In this document: positions 36,404 to 46,416 of the stretch, piece after piece | How positions within the stretch are numbered: the stretch's first letter is position 1 | How the letters are laid out: every line of letters starts with the position of its first letter | DNA from: Actinomycetes bacterium | GTDB lineage: Bacteria > Actinomycetota > Acidimicrobiia > Acidimicrobiales > Bog-793 | Length of the DNA: 64,000 bases | Assembly: GCA_021797795.1 (NCBI GenBank) | Contig: JAJZZB010000003.1 | Span: 13,659 to 77,658 of the forward strand | Reading direction: 5' to 3' | Notes under the pieces: generated by a model | The model's database searches: none | What the model was told of the DNA's origin: nothing | What the model saw: only the letters and a program-made list of their open reading frames with translations | Position numbers and translations under genes: made by a program

Positions 36404-38454
36404 CGGACCTCCTCGATCCACAGGCTCCCCCGCCGGTCGACGCGGGCGGACTGGCCGTCGAGAACGAGGGTGGTGGCGTCGTGCTGGTGGACGATGGCCG
36501 GGCCGTCGAAGCGGTGGCCGGACCGCAGCGCCGCCCGGTCGTAGACCGGGATGCCGACCCGGTGGGCGCCGCCCGGGAGCCGGGCGGAGGTCGTCGTCAC
36601 CATCGCCGAGGACGCCGTGCTGCGACCGGCGGGAGAGACGCCCTCCTGGCGCGCCTTCGGCAGGGCGCCGAAGGCGGACAGCCGCAAGGTGACGACCTCG
36701 ACCGTTCCCTCCGGGTCACGGTGGCCGTAGGTCCGCTGGTGGAGCTCAGCGAAGCGCTCGGGCAGCTCGGCGAGCGCCGCCTCGCTGAGTGGTGAGATCT
36801 GCACGGCGAGCTCGTAGCCCTGCCCAACGTAGCGGCAGTCGGCCGAGGCGACGAGGCGGGCCGGGCGCCCCGAGACGCCGTCGTCGGCAAGCCGGGCCCG
36901 TATCTCCTCGGCCGTCGAGCGCAGCCACCCAGCGAGCGCCGGCAGCATCTCCTCGGTGAGCGGGGCGAGCACCGTGCGGGACTCGTCGACGCGCAGGTCG
37001 GTCGAGACGAGGCCGGCCGCGGCGAACAGCCCCGGGTAGCGCGGGACGAGCACGGAGCCGAACCGGAGCTCTCGCAGCAGCAGGCCGGCATGCAGCGGGC
37101 CGGCGCCGCCGAAGGCGACGAGGGTGTAGCCCTCGGGGTCGATCCCGCGCTCGACTGAGACCCGCCGGAGGGCGAGGCTCATCTGGGCGACCGACACCTG
37201 GACGATGCCGTCGGCCGCCTCCTCAAGGCTGAGCCCCATCTCCTCACCGACCCGGCCGACGACCTTGCGGGCCGCCTCGAGGTCGAGCCCGAGCCCGCCG
37301 GCGAGGGAGAGGCCGGTCGGAAGCGTGCCGAGGACGACGTGGGCGTCGGTGACGGTCGCCTCCTCGCCTCCCCGCCCGTAGGCGGCCGGACCGGGCTGGG
37401 CGCCGGCGCTGCGGGGCCCGACGCTGAGCCGGCCGGTCGGGCCGACCTCGGCGATGCTGCCGCCGCCGGCGCCGATCGTCACCATGTCGACCGAGGGGCA
37501 CAGGATCGGGTGGCCGGCGATGGTCTCGGTGGGCGTGAGCGGTGGCGTCCCGTGCGCCACCAGGCAGACGTCGAGCGACGTCCCGCCCATGTCGAAGGAG
37601 ACAAGGCGCTCGATGCCGTACTCCTGCCCGAGGGCGACCGTGCCGGCGACGCCAGCCGCCGGCCCGGAGAGGAGCAGGCGGTGCGCCTCCTCGTCGGCCC
37701 GGGCGGCGGGGACGCAGCCGCCGTTCGACTGCATGATCATTAGGCGGCCCGAGACCCCGAGGCGCTCGAGACGGGAGGTGGCCGAGACGAGGTAGCGCCC
37801 GACGACCGGGCGGAGCCCGGCGTTCACCGCCGCCGTGGCCGTCCGCGGGTACTCCCTGAACTCGCGGGCGAGGCGGGCCGAGCGGGCGACGGGCACGCCC
37901 CCGAGACGACGCTCGAGTGCCTCGGCCATCTGCTCCTCGTGGCGGTCGTCGAGGTAGCTGAACAGGAAGGCGACCGCGACGGCCTCGGGCCTGCGGGCGG
38001 CCACCTCGTCGACGACCCGGGCGATCTCCGCCTCGCTCAGCGCGGTGACGATCTCTCCCGTGCTCGACAACCGCTCGCGCGCCTCGACGCGGTCGCGGCG
38101 GGCGACGAGTTCGCCCGGACGGGGCTGCTGGAGGTCGTAGACCGACGGGCGGGTCCCGTTGCGGTAGCTGAGGACGTCCCCGAAGCCCTCGGTCGTGACG
38201 AGAACCACGCGGGCGAGCCGGCCGGTCAGCATGGCGTTCGTGGCGACGGTGGTGCCGTGGAAGACGAGGTGGGCGGAGCCGAGCGGGAGCCCCGCCCGCT
38301 CGAGCTCGGCCAGGGCCTCCTCGAAGGCGATGGCCGGGTCCTCGGGCGTGGAGGGCACCTTGGCCACGAGCGTCCCTCCCGCCGCGCTGACGGCGACGGC
38401 GTCGGTGAAGGTGCCGCCGACGTCGACGGCGACGAGGAAGCGCCCCGGTCTCAC
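36400..38454 (-). CDS. Hydantoinase A / oxoprolinase subunit (ATP-dependent lactamase)
   Basis: VDVGGTFTD, HGTTVATNA, REYPRTATA, LSGPAAGV, FDMGGTSLDV, AFGGAGPLHA. Confidence 0.92.
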   Translation of the reverse strand: MRPGRFLVAVDVGGTFTDAVAVSAAGGTLVAKVPSTPEDPAIAFEEALAELERAGLPLGSAHLVFHGTTVATNAMLTGRLARVVLVTTEGFGDVLSYRNGTRPSVYDLQQPRPGELVARRDRVEARERLSSTGEIVTALSEAEIARVVDEVAARRPEAVAVAFLFSYLDDRHEEQMAEALERRLGGVPVARSARLAREFREYPRTATAAVNAGLRPVVGRYLVSATSRLERLGVSGRLMIMQSNGGCVPAARADEEAHRLLLSGPAAGVAGTVALGQEYGIERLVSFDMGGTSLDVCLVAHGTPPLTPTETIAGHPILCPSVDMVTIGAGGGSIAEVGPTGRLSVGPRSAGAQPGPAAYGRGGEEATVTDAHVVLGTLPTGLSLAGGLGLDLEAARKVVGRVGEEMGLSLEEAADGIVQVSVAQMSLALRRVSVERGIDPEGYTLVAFGGAGPLHAGLLLRELRFGSVLVPRYPGLFAAAGLVSTDLRVDESRTVLAPLTEEMLPALAGWLRSTAEEIRARLADDGVSGRPARLVASADCRYVGQGYELAVQISPLSEAALAELPERFAELHQRTYGHRDPEGTVEVVTLRLSAFGALPKARQEGVSPAGRSTASSAMVTTTSARLPGGAHRVGIPVYDRAALRSGHRFDGPAIVHQHDATTLVLDGQSARVDRRGSLWIEEVR

Positions 38455-39503
38455 GGGTTGCCTCCGGCGAGCTCCCGGGAGCGGGGGGCGGCCCTGGTGG
38501 CGAAGAGCTCGAGGGACCGGAGCTGCACCTCCCGGGGGAGCCCGGGCAGGTAGAGGCGGGCGATGAAGTGCAGCTCGCCGCCCGCCGCCCGGCGGAAGGC
38601 GTCGATCGCATCGGCCACCTCGTCGGGGCTGCCCACGATCGAGCCGGCGCGGGCCGCCGCCAGCTCCTCGCCGCTCGGCGGCGGAGGCGTGACCGGGCCG
38701 AGCCGGCCGCGGGCGGACTCCATGTCCTCGTACTTCCAGTTGACATAGCGCAGGTGGTCCGCCGCCACGGCGAAGGCGTCGTCGTCCTCCGAGCAGAAGA
38801 CCGGCACGTGCAGGCTGATCTCGAAGGGGTGGACGGGCGCCTCGTCGCGGCGGGCCAACTCCTCGCGGGCCCAGCCGCACTGCTCGGCGAGGCCGGCCGG
38901 CTCGACCTCGGTCGCCATGAGCCCGTCGGCGAGACGCCCCGCCCGGCGCACCGCCGGCTCGCTCATGGCCCCGACGACGATCGGGGGGCCATCCGGTCGG
39001 CACGGCTTCGGGAAGACGCACGGGCCGGGGATGGGGTGGCGTGCCGTCCCGGTGACGGCCCCGCCCCCGAAGGCCTGGCGGAGGACGGCGATGGCGTCGG
39101 CGAGCCGCCCCACCCGCTCGGAGAGCGGCACGGCGAAGCTCTCGAACTCCTCCTCGCGCCAGCCAAGGCCGATGCCGAGGCGGAGGCGGCCGCCGGAGAT
39201 GAGGTCGACGACCGCCGCGTCCTCGGCGATGCGCAGCGGGTCGTGCAACGGGGCGAGCAGGAGCGCCGTGCCGACCTCGATGCGCTCGGTCCGGGCCGCG
39301 ATGGCGGCGCACAGGGGCATGACCGAGGGCAGGTAGCCGTCGTCGACGAAGTGGTGCTCGGACACGTAGACCGAGTCGAGCCCGAACCGCTCCGCCGCCA
39401 CGGCGAACTCGAGCGCCTCCTCGTAGAGCCGGCGGTCGCTGCGGTGGTCGCCCGGGTAGCGCTGGCAGGTGATCAGCCCGGCGCCGAGCCGGAGGGCCGT
39501 CAC
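38451..39503 (-). CDS. LLM-class (luciferase-like) flavin- or F420-dependent oxidoreductase
   Basis: VSEHHFVDDGYLPS, IEVGTALLLAPLHDPLRIAEDAAVVDLISGGRL, SIVGSPDEV. Confidence 0.9.
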   Translation of the reverse strand: MTALRLGAGLITCQRYPGDHRSDRRLYEEALEFAVAAERFGLDSVYVSEHHFVDDGYLPSVMPLCAAIAARTERIEVGTALLLAPLHDPLRIAEDAAVVDLISGGRLRLGIGLGWREEEFESFAVPLSERVGRLADAIAVLRQAFGGGAVTGTARHPIPGPCVFPKPCRPDGPPIVVGAMSEPAVRRAGRLADGLMATEVEPAGLAEQCGWAREELARRDEAPVHPFEISLHVPVFCSEDDDAFAVAADHLRYVNWKYEDMESARGRLGPVTPPPPSGEELAAARAGSIVGSPDEVADAIDAFRRAAGGELHFIARLYLPGLPREVQLRSLELFATRAAPRSRELAGGNP

Positions 39504-40642
39504 GACCGGGGCCGGGGCGCGAGGAGCTCGCCGTAATCGAGCCGGCGGAACGGCGTCGAGCACGGCGGGCCGTCGGCCAGCCACATTGTCCGGCTGGCGA
39601 GCTCCATCACGAGCGAGGCCACCGTCGCCCCCTGCTCGGCCGGCGGGTACTCGGGCCGCGGGTGGCAGCAGATGGCGTCGGGGTATCCGGCGTGGTCTCC
39701 GAGCAGCGCCCGCATCTCCTCGGCGCTCGGGCTGCCGTTACCGAGCTGCGCACGTGCGCGCTCGAGGCGGACGGCGCTGTCGGGCATGGCGAACAGCGAG
39801 ACGTCCTCACCGTCGAAGCGGGGGGAGACGAAGTGGTTGGTGTGCAGGTGGACGCCGACCGCGGCCGGCGAGACGAACAGGCGGGAGTGGTCGCCCGGGG
39901 CGGCCTCGACGTCGAGGGCGGAGCCGTCCTCGTGGGCGACGAGGAAGTTCGCCGAGGAGGAGCGCCTCGCCCGCTGGAGGGTGGTGAGCGCCTCGGTGAC
40001 CGTCGCGCAGTCGAAGATCGCCCGGAGCAGCACGTGGTAGGGCACCCCCGGCTCGCCGACATCGGCGGCGGTGGCGAGGGCGTTCGTGGCGAGGCCGAGA
40101 CCGGCCGAGTTCATCCCGGCCTTGGCGGCGAGTCCGGCCTCGACGACGGTGACGAAGCTCGGGCCGTCCTCCCGGACCGCCTCGAGGACGACGACAGTCT
40201 CGAAGGCGTGCGGCAGCCAGTCCCAGTTCTGGCCAATGACGACCGGCCGGTCGGAGCCCGACCGCGGGGCGAGGGCGAACGACGTGCACTCGCCGCCGAA
40301 GAAGGCGGCCCTCGCGTCGCGGGCCTTGGCCGAGTACATGATCTCGGTCCGGACGTTGATAGCGAGGACGTCGAGCAGGTCGGTGCCCACCCCCTGGGCG
40401 ATGCCGGAGAGCTCCTCGAGGTAGTCGCGCCCGAAGGCGGCGATCGGCGCCTCGTAGCCGGCCGCCACCTCCCGCACCGTGGACCAGTCCCAGCCGGCGC
40501 CCTCCTCGAACACCTCCCGGTAGGCGGCGATGGAGCGCTCGACGCGCGAACGGGTCGCGGCCCCGTAGGCGAGCCCCCGCTCACGCGGGTCGCCCTCGAC
40601 GCGGACGTGGGGGTAGGTGGCGTGCTCCATCGGTGCTGGCAT
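39500..40642 (-). CDS. Peptidase C45 / acyl-CoA:6-APA acyltransferase family Ntn hydrolase
   Basis: GECTSF (N-terminal nucleophile Cys after autoprocessing), GQNWDW, AGMNSAGL, HTNHF. Confidence 0.88.
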   Translation of the reverse strand: MPAPMEHATYPHVRVEGDPRERGLAYGAATRSRVERSIAAYREVFEEGAGWDWSTVREVAAGYEAPIAAFGRDYLEELSGIAQGVGTDLLDVLAINVRTEIMYSAKARDARAAFFGGECTSFALAPRSGSDRPVVIGQNWDWLPHAFETVVVLEAVREDGPSFVTVVEAGLAAKAGMNSAGLGLATNALATAADVGEPGVPYHVLLRAIFDCATVTEALTTLQRARRSSSANFLVAHEDGSALDVEAAPGDHSRLFVSPAAVGVHLHTNHFVSPRFDGEDVSLFAMPDSAVRLERARAQLGNGSPSAEEMRALLGDHAGYPDAICCHPRPEYPPAEQGATVASLVMELASRTMWLADGPPCSTPFRRLDYGELLAPRPRS

Positions 40643-40652
40643 GTGCTCCCTC

Positions 40653-41429
40653 CTAGATGGCGGTGGCACCGCCGTCGACCGGGAGGGCGGCGCCGGTGAC
40701 GTAGGCGGCATCGGGGGAGGCGAGGAAGGCGATCACCGCCGCCACCTCGTCGGCCGAGCCGAGGCGGCCGAGGGGGACCGAGCTCTCGAGGTAGGCGGCC
40801 GCCGCCACCGGGTCGTCGGTGAGCCGCAGCATGGGGGTGTCGATAACGCCCGGGCAGACGGCGTTGACCCGGATGCCGTGCGGAGCCCACTCGACGGCCA
40901 TCTGCCGGCTGAGGGCGAGCACCCCGCCCTTGCTCGCGTGGTAGTGGCCGGAGGGCTCGCCGGCGTCGCCGACGAGCGCCGCGCTCGAGGCGAGGTTGAC
41001 GACGGCGCCCGGGTGCCGCGCCGCCACGAGGGAGCGCCCGACGGCTCGGGAGACGAGGAAGGTGCCGGTGAGGTTGGTCTCGAGCACCTCGTGCCACTCC
41101 GCCGCCGACAGCTCAGTGAGGGCCTGGATCCGGTAGACGCCAGCGGCGTTGACGAGCACGTCGATCGGCCCGCCGAGCACGCGGGCGGCCTCCGCCACGG
41201 CCCGGTCCACGGCCTCCTCGTCGGCCACGTCGGCGATGACGAGGCTCATCCCGTCGACCTCCCCGCCGGGAGCCTCCCGGCGGTCGAGGGCCACGACCGC
41301 CCCGCCCTCTGCGGCGAGCCGGCGCGCCGTGGCGAGCCCGATGCCCGATGCCCCGCCCGTGACGAGGCAGCGCCGGCCGGCCATCCTGGCGGGCAGGGGG
41401 ACGGGCGCCTCAGTTGTGGAAGACGCCAC
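40653..41429 (-). CDS. Short-chain dehydrogenase/reductase
   Basis: TGGASGIG, VNAAG, YHASKGG, VNAVCPG, VDGG; start may be ATG near 41384. Confidence 0.9.
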   Translation of the reverse strand: MASSTTEAPVPLPARMAGRRCLVTGGASGIGLATARRLAAEGGAVVALDRREAPGGEVDGMSLVIADVADEEAVDRAVAEAARVLGGPIDVLVNAAGVYRIQALTELSAAEWHEVLETNLTGTFLVSRAVGRSLVAARHPGAVVNLASSAALVGDAGEPSGHYHASKGGVLALSRQMAVEWAPHGIRVNAVCPGVIDTPMLRLTDDPVAAAAYLESSVPLGRLGSADEVAAVIAFLASPDAAYVTGAALPVDGGATAI

Positions 41430-42180
41430 CGTTCACCCCGATCGTCTGGCCGGTCACATACGAGGCGTCGGCGGAGGCGAGCCAGCTCACCACCCCGGCG
41501 ATGTCGGCTCCCGTGCCGTGGCGTCCGAGCGGGATCTCGGCCCGCACCGCCTGAAACTGCTCCTCAAAGGAGGTCCCGGCCCGCTCGGCACGCGCCCGCA
41601 GCTCGTCCCAGTGCATCTCGGTCGCCATGTGCCCCGGGGCGATGGCGTTCACCCGGATCCCCTCTGGGGCGAGCTCGCGGGCCATTGACTGGGTGAGCAG
41701 GGCGACGCCGGCCTTCGAGGCCGAGTAGGCGGCGCCGCCGGGCACCCCCTGCTGGCCAAAGAGGGAGCCCATGTTGACGATGCTGCCGCCGGTGCCCTGG
41801 GCGAGCATTGCGGAGACGACGAGGCGCGAGACGAGGAAGGTCCCGACGAGGTTGATGTCGAGGACGTGGCGGAAGGACTCGGGCTCGGTCGAGACGACGG
41901 GCGTGCTCGGGCCGCCGATGCCGGCGTTGTTCACGAGCAGGTCGACCCCGCCGAGGACGGCGAGCGCCCCGGAGACGGCCGAGGCGCACTCCTCGACGAG
42001 CGCGACGTCGGCCACCACCGGGGCGATCGTCGCGGCCGGGGACTTGGCCGAGAGGCGCTTGGCCGTGACCTCGACGGCAGAATCGACGTCGACGAGGACG
42101 ACGTCGCCGCCATCCTCCACGATGCGGGCGGCGATTGCCTCCCCAAGGCCGCGCGCCGCGCCGGTGACGATGGCCCTCAC
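41410..42180 (-). CDS. Short-chain dehydrogenase/reductase
   Basis: TGAARGLG, NNAGI, YSASKA, VNAIAPG, TGQTIGVNGG; GTGA overlap. Confidence 0.9.
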   Translation of the reverse strand: MRAIVTGAARGLGEAIAARIVEDGGDVVLVDVDSAVEVTAKRLSAKSPAATIAPVVADVALVEECASAVSGALAVLGGVDLLVNNAGIGGPSTPVVSTEPESFRHVLDINLVGTFLVSRLVVSAMLAQGTGGSIVNMGSLFGQQGVPGGAAYSASKAGVALLTQSMARELAPEGIRVNAIAPGHMATEMHWDELRARAERAGTSFEEQFQAVRAEIPLGRHGTGADIAGVVSWLASADASYVTGQTIGVNGGVFHN

Positions 42181-42956
42181 AACGACGACGCGATCTCGGC
42201 CGCCGTCGCGACCCAGACGTCCTCGTGGCTCTTCACGTAGCCGAGGAAGGCGTCGAGCAGCGCCAGCCGGCTCGGCCTCCCGATGATCTGCGGGTGCATC
42301 GTGAGCACGAAGGCTCCTCCCATCTGCCGGATGCCGAGGAACTCCTCCTGCCAGATGGAGCGCACGTCGGCGGTGGTCGAGATCGTGTTGGTCCAGCCGG
42401 CGCCGTCGAACCAGAAGTGGGCGGCGTCGTCGAGGATCCACTGGATCGGCAGCTCCACGACGCTCGTGCCCGGGTGGCGGTAGGGGCGGATGTCGTCCAT
42501 CAGGTTGGAGCAGTAGCTGAGGCCGTACTTCTCGACCAGGCCGAGCGTCACCGGGGTGAGCTCCCAGGAGGGAGAGCGGTAGCCGGTCACCTTCGGGGAG
42601 AAGCCGCGAAGCACCTCGAGGCCGCGGCGCATCTCCTCCTCCTCCTCCTCGGGGCTGAGGGAGGTGACCGAGGTGTGGGTGTAGCCGTGATGGGCGAGCT
42701 CGTGGCCGGCGGCGACGATCTGCTCGACGCGGCCGGGGTGGCGCTCGGCCACCCGGCCGGGGACGAAGAAGGTCGCCCGCACCTGGTGGCGCTCGAGCAA
42801 CTCGAGGATCGCCGGCACAGCCACCCTGGCGCCGTAGCCCCCCTGGGAGAGCACGCCCGGGCGGGAGCCATTGGCCGGGTCCTCGCCGATCCAGACCTCC
42901 TCGGCGTCGAAGTCGAAGGTGAAGCAGGCTGCGGCGGCGGCGTCACGGGGCCACAT
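42177..42956 (-). CDS. Polysaccharide-deacetylase (CE4) fold protein, PuuE-like small-molecule amidohydrolase
   Basis: FTFDFD, GHELAHHGYTH, GYRSPSW, TMHPQIIGRPSR. Confidence 0.85.
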   Translation of the reverse strand: MWPRDAAAAACFTFDFDAEEVWIGEDPANGSRPGVLSQGGYGARVAVPAILELLERHQVRATFFVPGRVAERHPGRVEQIVAAGHELAHHGYTHTSVTSLSPEEEEEEMRRGLEVLRGFSPKVTGYRSPSWELTPVTLGLVEKYGLSYCSNLMDDIRPYRHPGTSVVELPIQWILDDAAHFWFDGAGWTNTISTTADVRSIWQEEFLGIRQMGGAFVLTMHPQIIGRPSRLALLDAFLGYVKSHEDVWVATAAEIASSL

Positions 42957-44055
42957 CGGTCGGCGCTCCTGTCGTGTCGTGGATGGCGATGGGGTCGAGC
43001 GCCCCGGCGGTCCCTCCGGCCGGCGCGACGCCCTCGGTCGCCTCCGGCTCCTCGGCCTCCTCCTCGCCTTCCTCCGCCCAGGCGGACAGGCGGGCCCGCA
43101 CCTTGCCGACGAGGCCGACGATCCCGCCGGGGACGAAGACGACGATGACGAGCAGGAAGATGCCGACGACGGTCAGCTGGACACCGGGATGGTTGACGAG
43201 CACCGTCTCGACGACGGTGACGATGGTCGTCCCGATCGCCGGTCCGAAGATGGTGCCGAGGCCGCCGATGACGAGCATGGTGACGTCGAGGCTCATCGGG
43301 GTGAGACCCATGATCGACGGGTCGATCGACTGCTCGAAGCACAGGTAGAGCGCCCCCGCGATGCCAGCGAGGAAGCCCGAGAGGCCGAAAGCGAGGATCC
43401 GGTAGCGAAGCGGGCTCACGCCCCGGGCGGCCGCGAACGCCGGCGCGTCCCGGATCGCCCTGAGGGCGATGCCGAGCCTCGACCGCGTGACGAGTGCGAT
43501 GGCGACGGTCGAGGCGACGATCACCCCGAGCAGCGTCCAGTAGTAGGCGTGCATGGAGGCGACCGGCGACAGGAACGAGTAGAGACCCTTCACGCTCGGG
43601 AAGCCGTAGGAGCCGCCCGTCAGCCCGCTGCCGTCGTTCAGGATCAGGTACTGGACGATCTCGGCGAAGGCGAAGGTGAGCAGCGAGGTGTAGATCCCGA
43701 ACAGCCGCAGCGTCGGGACCGCCATCAGCACCGAGACCGCCGCCCCGATGAGCCCGCCCACGACGACGTCGAGGACGGGCGGGAGGCCCGTGTGCAGCAT
43801 GAGGATGCCGGCGCCGTAGCCGCCGAGGGCGTAGACGGCCAGTTGGCCGAAGTTCCACACGCCGGCGACGCCGAGGATGAAGTTCCAGCTCATGTTCATC
43901 ACGAGCAGGATCATCGTGGTGACGAAGACCGAGAGGATGTACTGGTTGGACTCGACGAGGGGGAAGGCCGCCAGCGCCAGGACGACGAGGACCGCCAGGC
44001 TCCACCGCCCGCTCGTCATGTCGGGGAACAGCGCCCGGCTGTGCCCCTCGTTCAC
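42943..44055 (-). CDS. livM: Branched-chain-type ABC permease (LivM)
   Basis: MSWNFILGVAGVWNFGQ, TFAFAEI, LTGGSYG, GLGTIFGP. Confidence 0.9.
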   Translation of the reverse strand: MNEGHSRALFPDMTSGRWSLAVLVVLALAAFPLVESNQYILSVFVTTMILLVMNMSWNFILGVAGVWNFGQLAVYALGGYGAGILMLHTGLPPVLDVVVGGLIGAAVSVLMAVPTLRLFGIYTSLLTFAFAEIVQYLILNDGSGLTGGSYGFPSVKGLYSFLSPVASMHAYYWTLLGVIVASTVAIALVTRSRLGIALRAIRDAPAFAAARGVSPLRYRILAFGLSGFLAGIAGALYLCFEQSIDPSIMGLTPMSLDVTMLVIGGLGTIFGPAIGTTIVTVVETVLVNHPGVQLTVVGIFLLVIVVFVPGGIVGLVGKVRARLSAWAEEGEEEAEEPEATEGVAPAGGTAGALDPIAIHDTTGAPTDVAP

Positions 44056-44942
44056 AGCCGAGCCTCCGAGGGCTTCCCGAGCAGGCCCTGGGGCCGGAAG
44101 ATGAGGACGAAGAGGATCACCCCGTAGAGGATCGGGAGCGACCAGGTCGTCCCGAGGAACACCTCGGTCGTGGCCTGGATGAGCCCGATGACGTAGGCGG
44201 CGTAGACCGTGCCGGGCAGGCTGCCGAGCCCGCCGAAGACGACGACGATGAGCGCCTCGAGCAGCGGCAGATCGCCCGCCTGGGGGTAGGCGAAGAACTG
44301 GGCGCCGAGGAAGACGCCCGCCACGCCCGCCAGCGAGGAGGCGAGCCCCATGGTGACGGGGTAGAGCTTGGAGACCGGGACGCCCATCAGGCGGGCGGCG
44401 TCCAGGTCCTGCGCGACTGCCCGGATGGCCATGCCCCACCGGGTCTTGCCGAGGAACAGCCCGAGGCCGCCCATCAGCAGGATCGAGATGGCCGCCATGG
44501 CGATCGACTGATAGGGCAGGTTCACCCCGTGGTAGACGTTCACGCCGCCGGAGACGACCGGCGTGACGTTGCGCTGCTGGGGGCCGAAGACCTCGAGGGC
44601 GACGTTCTCGAGGATCATCGCGACGGCGAAGGTCGTGATGAAGGTGACCATCTCGAAGTCGATGGCCTTGCGCCGACCCATGAGGGGCTGGACCGAGACG
44701 AGCTGGGTCATCATCCCGAGGACGAAGGTGGCGGCGAAGGCGAAGACGATGGCGAGGACGGGGTTCCAGTGGGCCGAGACGAGGATCCCCCAGCCGACGA
44801 AGCTACCGATCATCACCATCGATCCCTGGGACATGTCGAGGATGCGCAGGGTCCCGTAGATGAGCGTCATGCCGATCGCCACGAGCCCGTAGATGGACCC
44901 AAGGATGACGGTCGTGACGAGGATTCCGACGAGGTCGGTCAT
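44052..44942 (-). CDS. livH: Branched-chain-type ABC permease (LivH)
   Basis: LGSIYGLVAIGMTLIYG, WGMAIRAVAQD..ARLMGV, VFGGLGSLPG. Confidence 0.92.
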   Translation of the reverse strand: MTDLVGILVTTVILGSIYGLVAIGMTLIYGTLRILDMSQGSMVMIGSFVGWGILVSAHWNPVLAIVFAFAATFVLGMMTQLVSVQPLMGRRKAIDFEMVTFITTFAVAMILENVALEVFGPQQRNVTPVVSGGVNVYHGVNLPYQSIAMAAISILLMGGLGLFLGKTRWGMAIRAVAQDLDAARLMGVPVSKLYPVTMGLASSLAGVAGVFLGAQFFAYPQAGDLPLLEALIVVVFGGLGSLPGTVYAAYVIGLIQATTEVFLGTTWSLPILYGVILFVLIFRPQGLLGKPSEARL

Positions 44943-45664
44943 CAGGTGATGCTCCCGAGGTAGGCCGCGACAACGCCTTCGTCCTCGGAGAGCTCCTTGT
45001 AGGAGCCGCTCCGGGTGATCGAGCCCATCTCGAGGACGTGGATCGAGTCGGCGATGCCGCCGACGTGGGTGAAGTTCTCCTCGACGAGGAGGATCGTCGT
45101 CTTGGCGGACTTGAGCTCGGCGATGGCGCCGTAGACGGCGTCGAGCGCGACGGGGGCGAGGCCGAGCGAGGGCTCGTCGATCATGAGGATCGTGGACGGG
45201 CGCATGAGCGCCCGGCCGAGCGCGCTGAGGCGCCGCTCTCCCCCGGACAGGGTCCGCGCCTGCTGGTCGGCCCGGGCCTTCACGCCGGGGAAGAGGTCGT
45301 AGACGTGGGCGAGCGAGCGGCGCCGGTCCCTCCAGGACTGCCCGAGGAAGGCCCCCATGAGGAGGTTGTCCTCCACGGTCATCTCCGGGAAGAGGCCGTC
45401 GCCCTGGGGGACGAGCACCGCTCCGAGGCGGGCGATCTGCTCGGACGGGCGGCCGGCGATCTCCTCGCCATCGAGGAGGACCTCTCCGGCGCTCGGCCTG
45501 ATCAGGCCGTTGAGCGCCCGCAGGAGCGTCGTCTTGCCGTGACCGTTCGGGCCGATGATGACGGCCGACTCGCCTGCGCGCACCTCGAGGTCGAGCTCCC
45601 TCACGACCGTCGTGGCGCCGTATCCGGCCGACAGCCGGCGCACCGAGAGCAGCGGCTCGCTCAC
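44942..45664 (-). CDS. livF: ABC ATPase (LivF)
   Basis: GPNGHGKTT, LSGGE, MIDEPSLGLAP. Confidence 0.92.
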   Translation of the reverse strand: MSEPLLSVRRLSAGYGATTVVRELDLEVRAGESAVIIGPNGHGKTTLLRALNGLIRPSAGEVLLDGEEIAGRPSEQIARLGAVLVPQGDGLFPEMTVEDNLLMGAFLGQSWRDRRRSLAHVYDLFPGVKARADQQARTLSGGERRLSALGRALMRPSTILMIDEPSLGLAPVALDAVYGAIAELKSAKTTILLVEENFTHVGGIADSIHVLEMGSITRSGSYKELSEDEGVVAAYLGSIT

Positions 45665-46416
45665 TGCGCCGCCTCCCTGCGGTGCCGCGAGCCGAGGTAG
45701 ACCTCGATCACCCGCTCGTCGCGGAGCATTTCCTCCGGGCTCCCCTCGAAGAGGGCGGCGCCGTGGTGCATGACGAGGACCCGGTCCGCCAGCGAGGTGA
45801 GCGCCCGCATGACGTGCTCGATGCAGACGACGGCGAGGTCCGCGCCCCGCGACCGCCGGATGAGGTCCATCGTGAGCTCGATCTCGCCGAAGCTGAGGCC
45901 GCCGAAGGGCTCGTCGAGCAGGAGCGCCCGGGCGCCCGAGGCGAGCGCCGTCCCGAGCATCAGCCGCTTGGTGTCGAAGACGCCGAGCAGACCGGCGGTC
46001 TCCTCGGCACGGCTCTCGAGTCCGACGAAGGCCAGCATGTCGTAGGCGGCCTCGAGGGACGAGCGCTTGTCGCCCTCGGGGAGGCGGCGGCGGAAGGAAA
46101 CGGCGAGTAGCATGTTCTCGAGGACGGAGAGGGAGCGGGCGACCGTCGGCTGCTGGAAGGTGCGGGCGATGCCGCGCCGGGTCCGGTCGTGCACTGAGGC
46201 GTCGGTGACGACCGCGCCGTCGAGGACGACCTCCCCGCCCGAGGCCCGGGTGTGGCCGGAGATGACGTCGAACAGCGTCGTCTTGCCGGCGCCGTTCGGG
46301 CCGACGATGCCGAGGATCTCGCCGGGCGCCACCGAGAAGGAGATGTCGTTCACCGCTTTCAGGCCCCCGTAGCTCTTCGAGACCCCCCGGGCCTCGAGGA
46401 CGGGGCCGGCGCTCAC
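45661..46416 (-). CDS. livG: ABC ATPase (LivG)
   Basis: GPNGAGKTT, GIARTFQ, LLLDEP, CIEHVM. Confidence 0.92.
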   Translation of the reverse strand: MSAGPVLEARGVSKSYGGLKAVNDISFSVAPGEILGIVGPNGAGKTTLFDVISGHTRASGGEVVLDGAVVTDASVHDRTRRGIARTFQQPTVARSLSVLENMLLAVSFRRRLPEGDKRSSLEAAYDMLAFVGLESRAEETAGLLGVFDTKRLMLGTALASGARALLLDEPFGGLSFGEIELTMDLIRRSRGADLAVVCIEHVMRALTSLADRVLVMHHGAALFEGSPEEMLRDERVIEVYLGSRHRREAAQ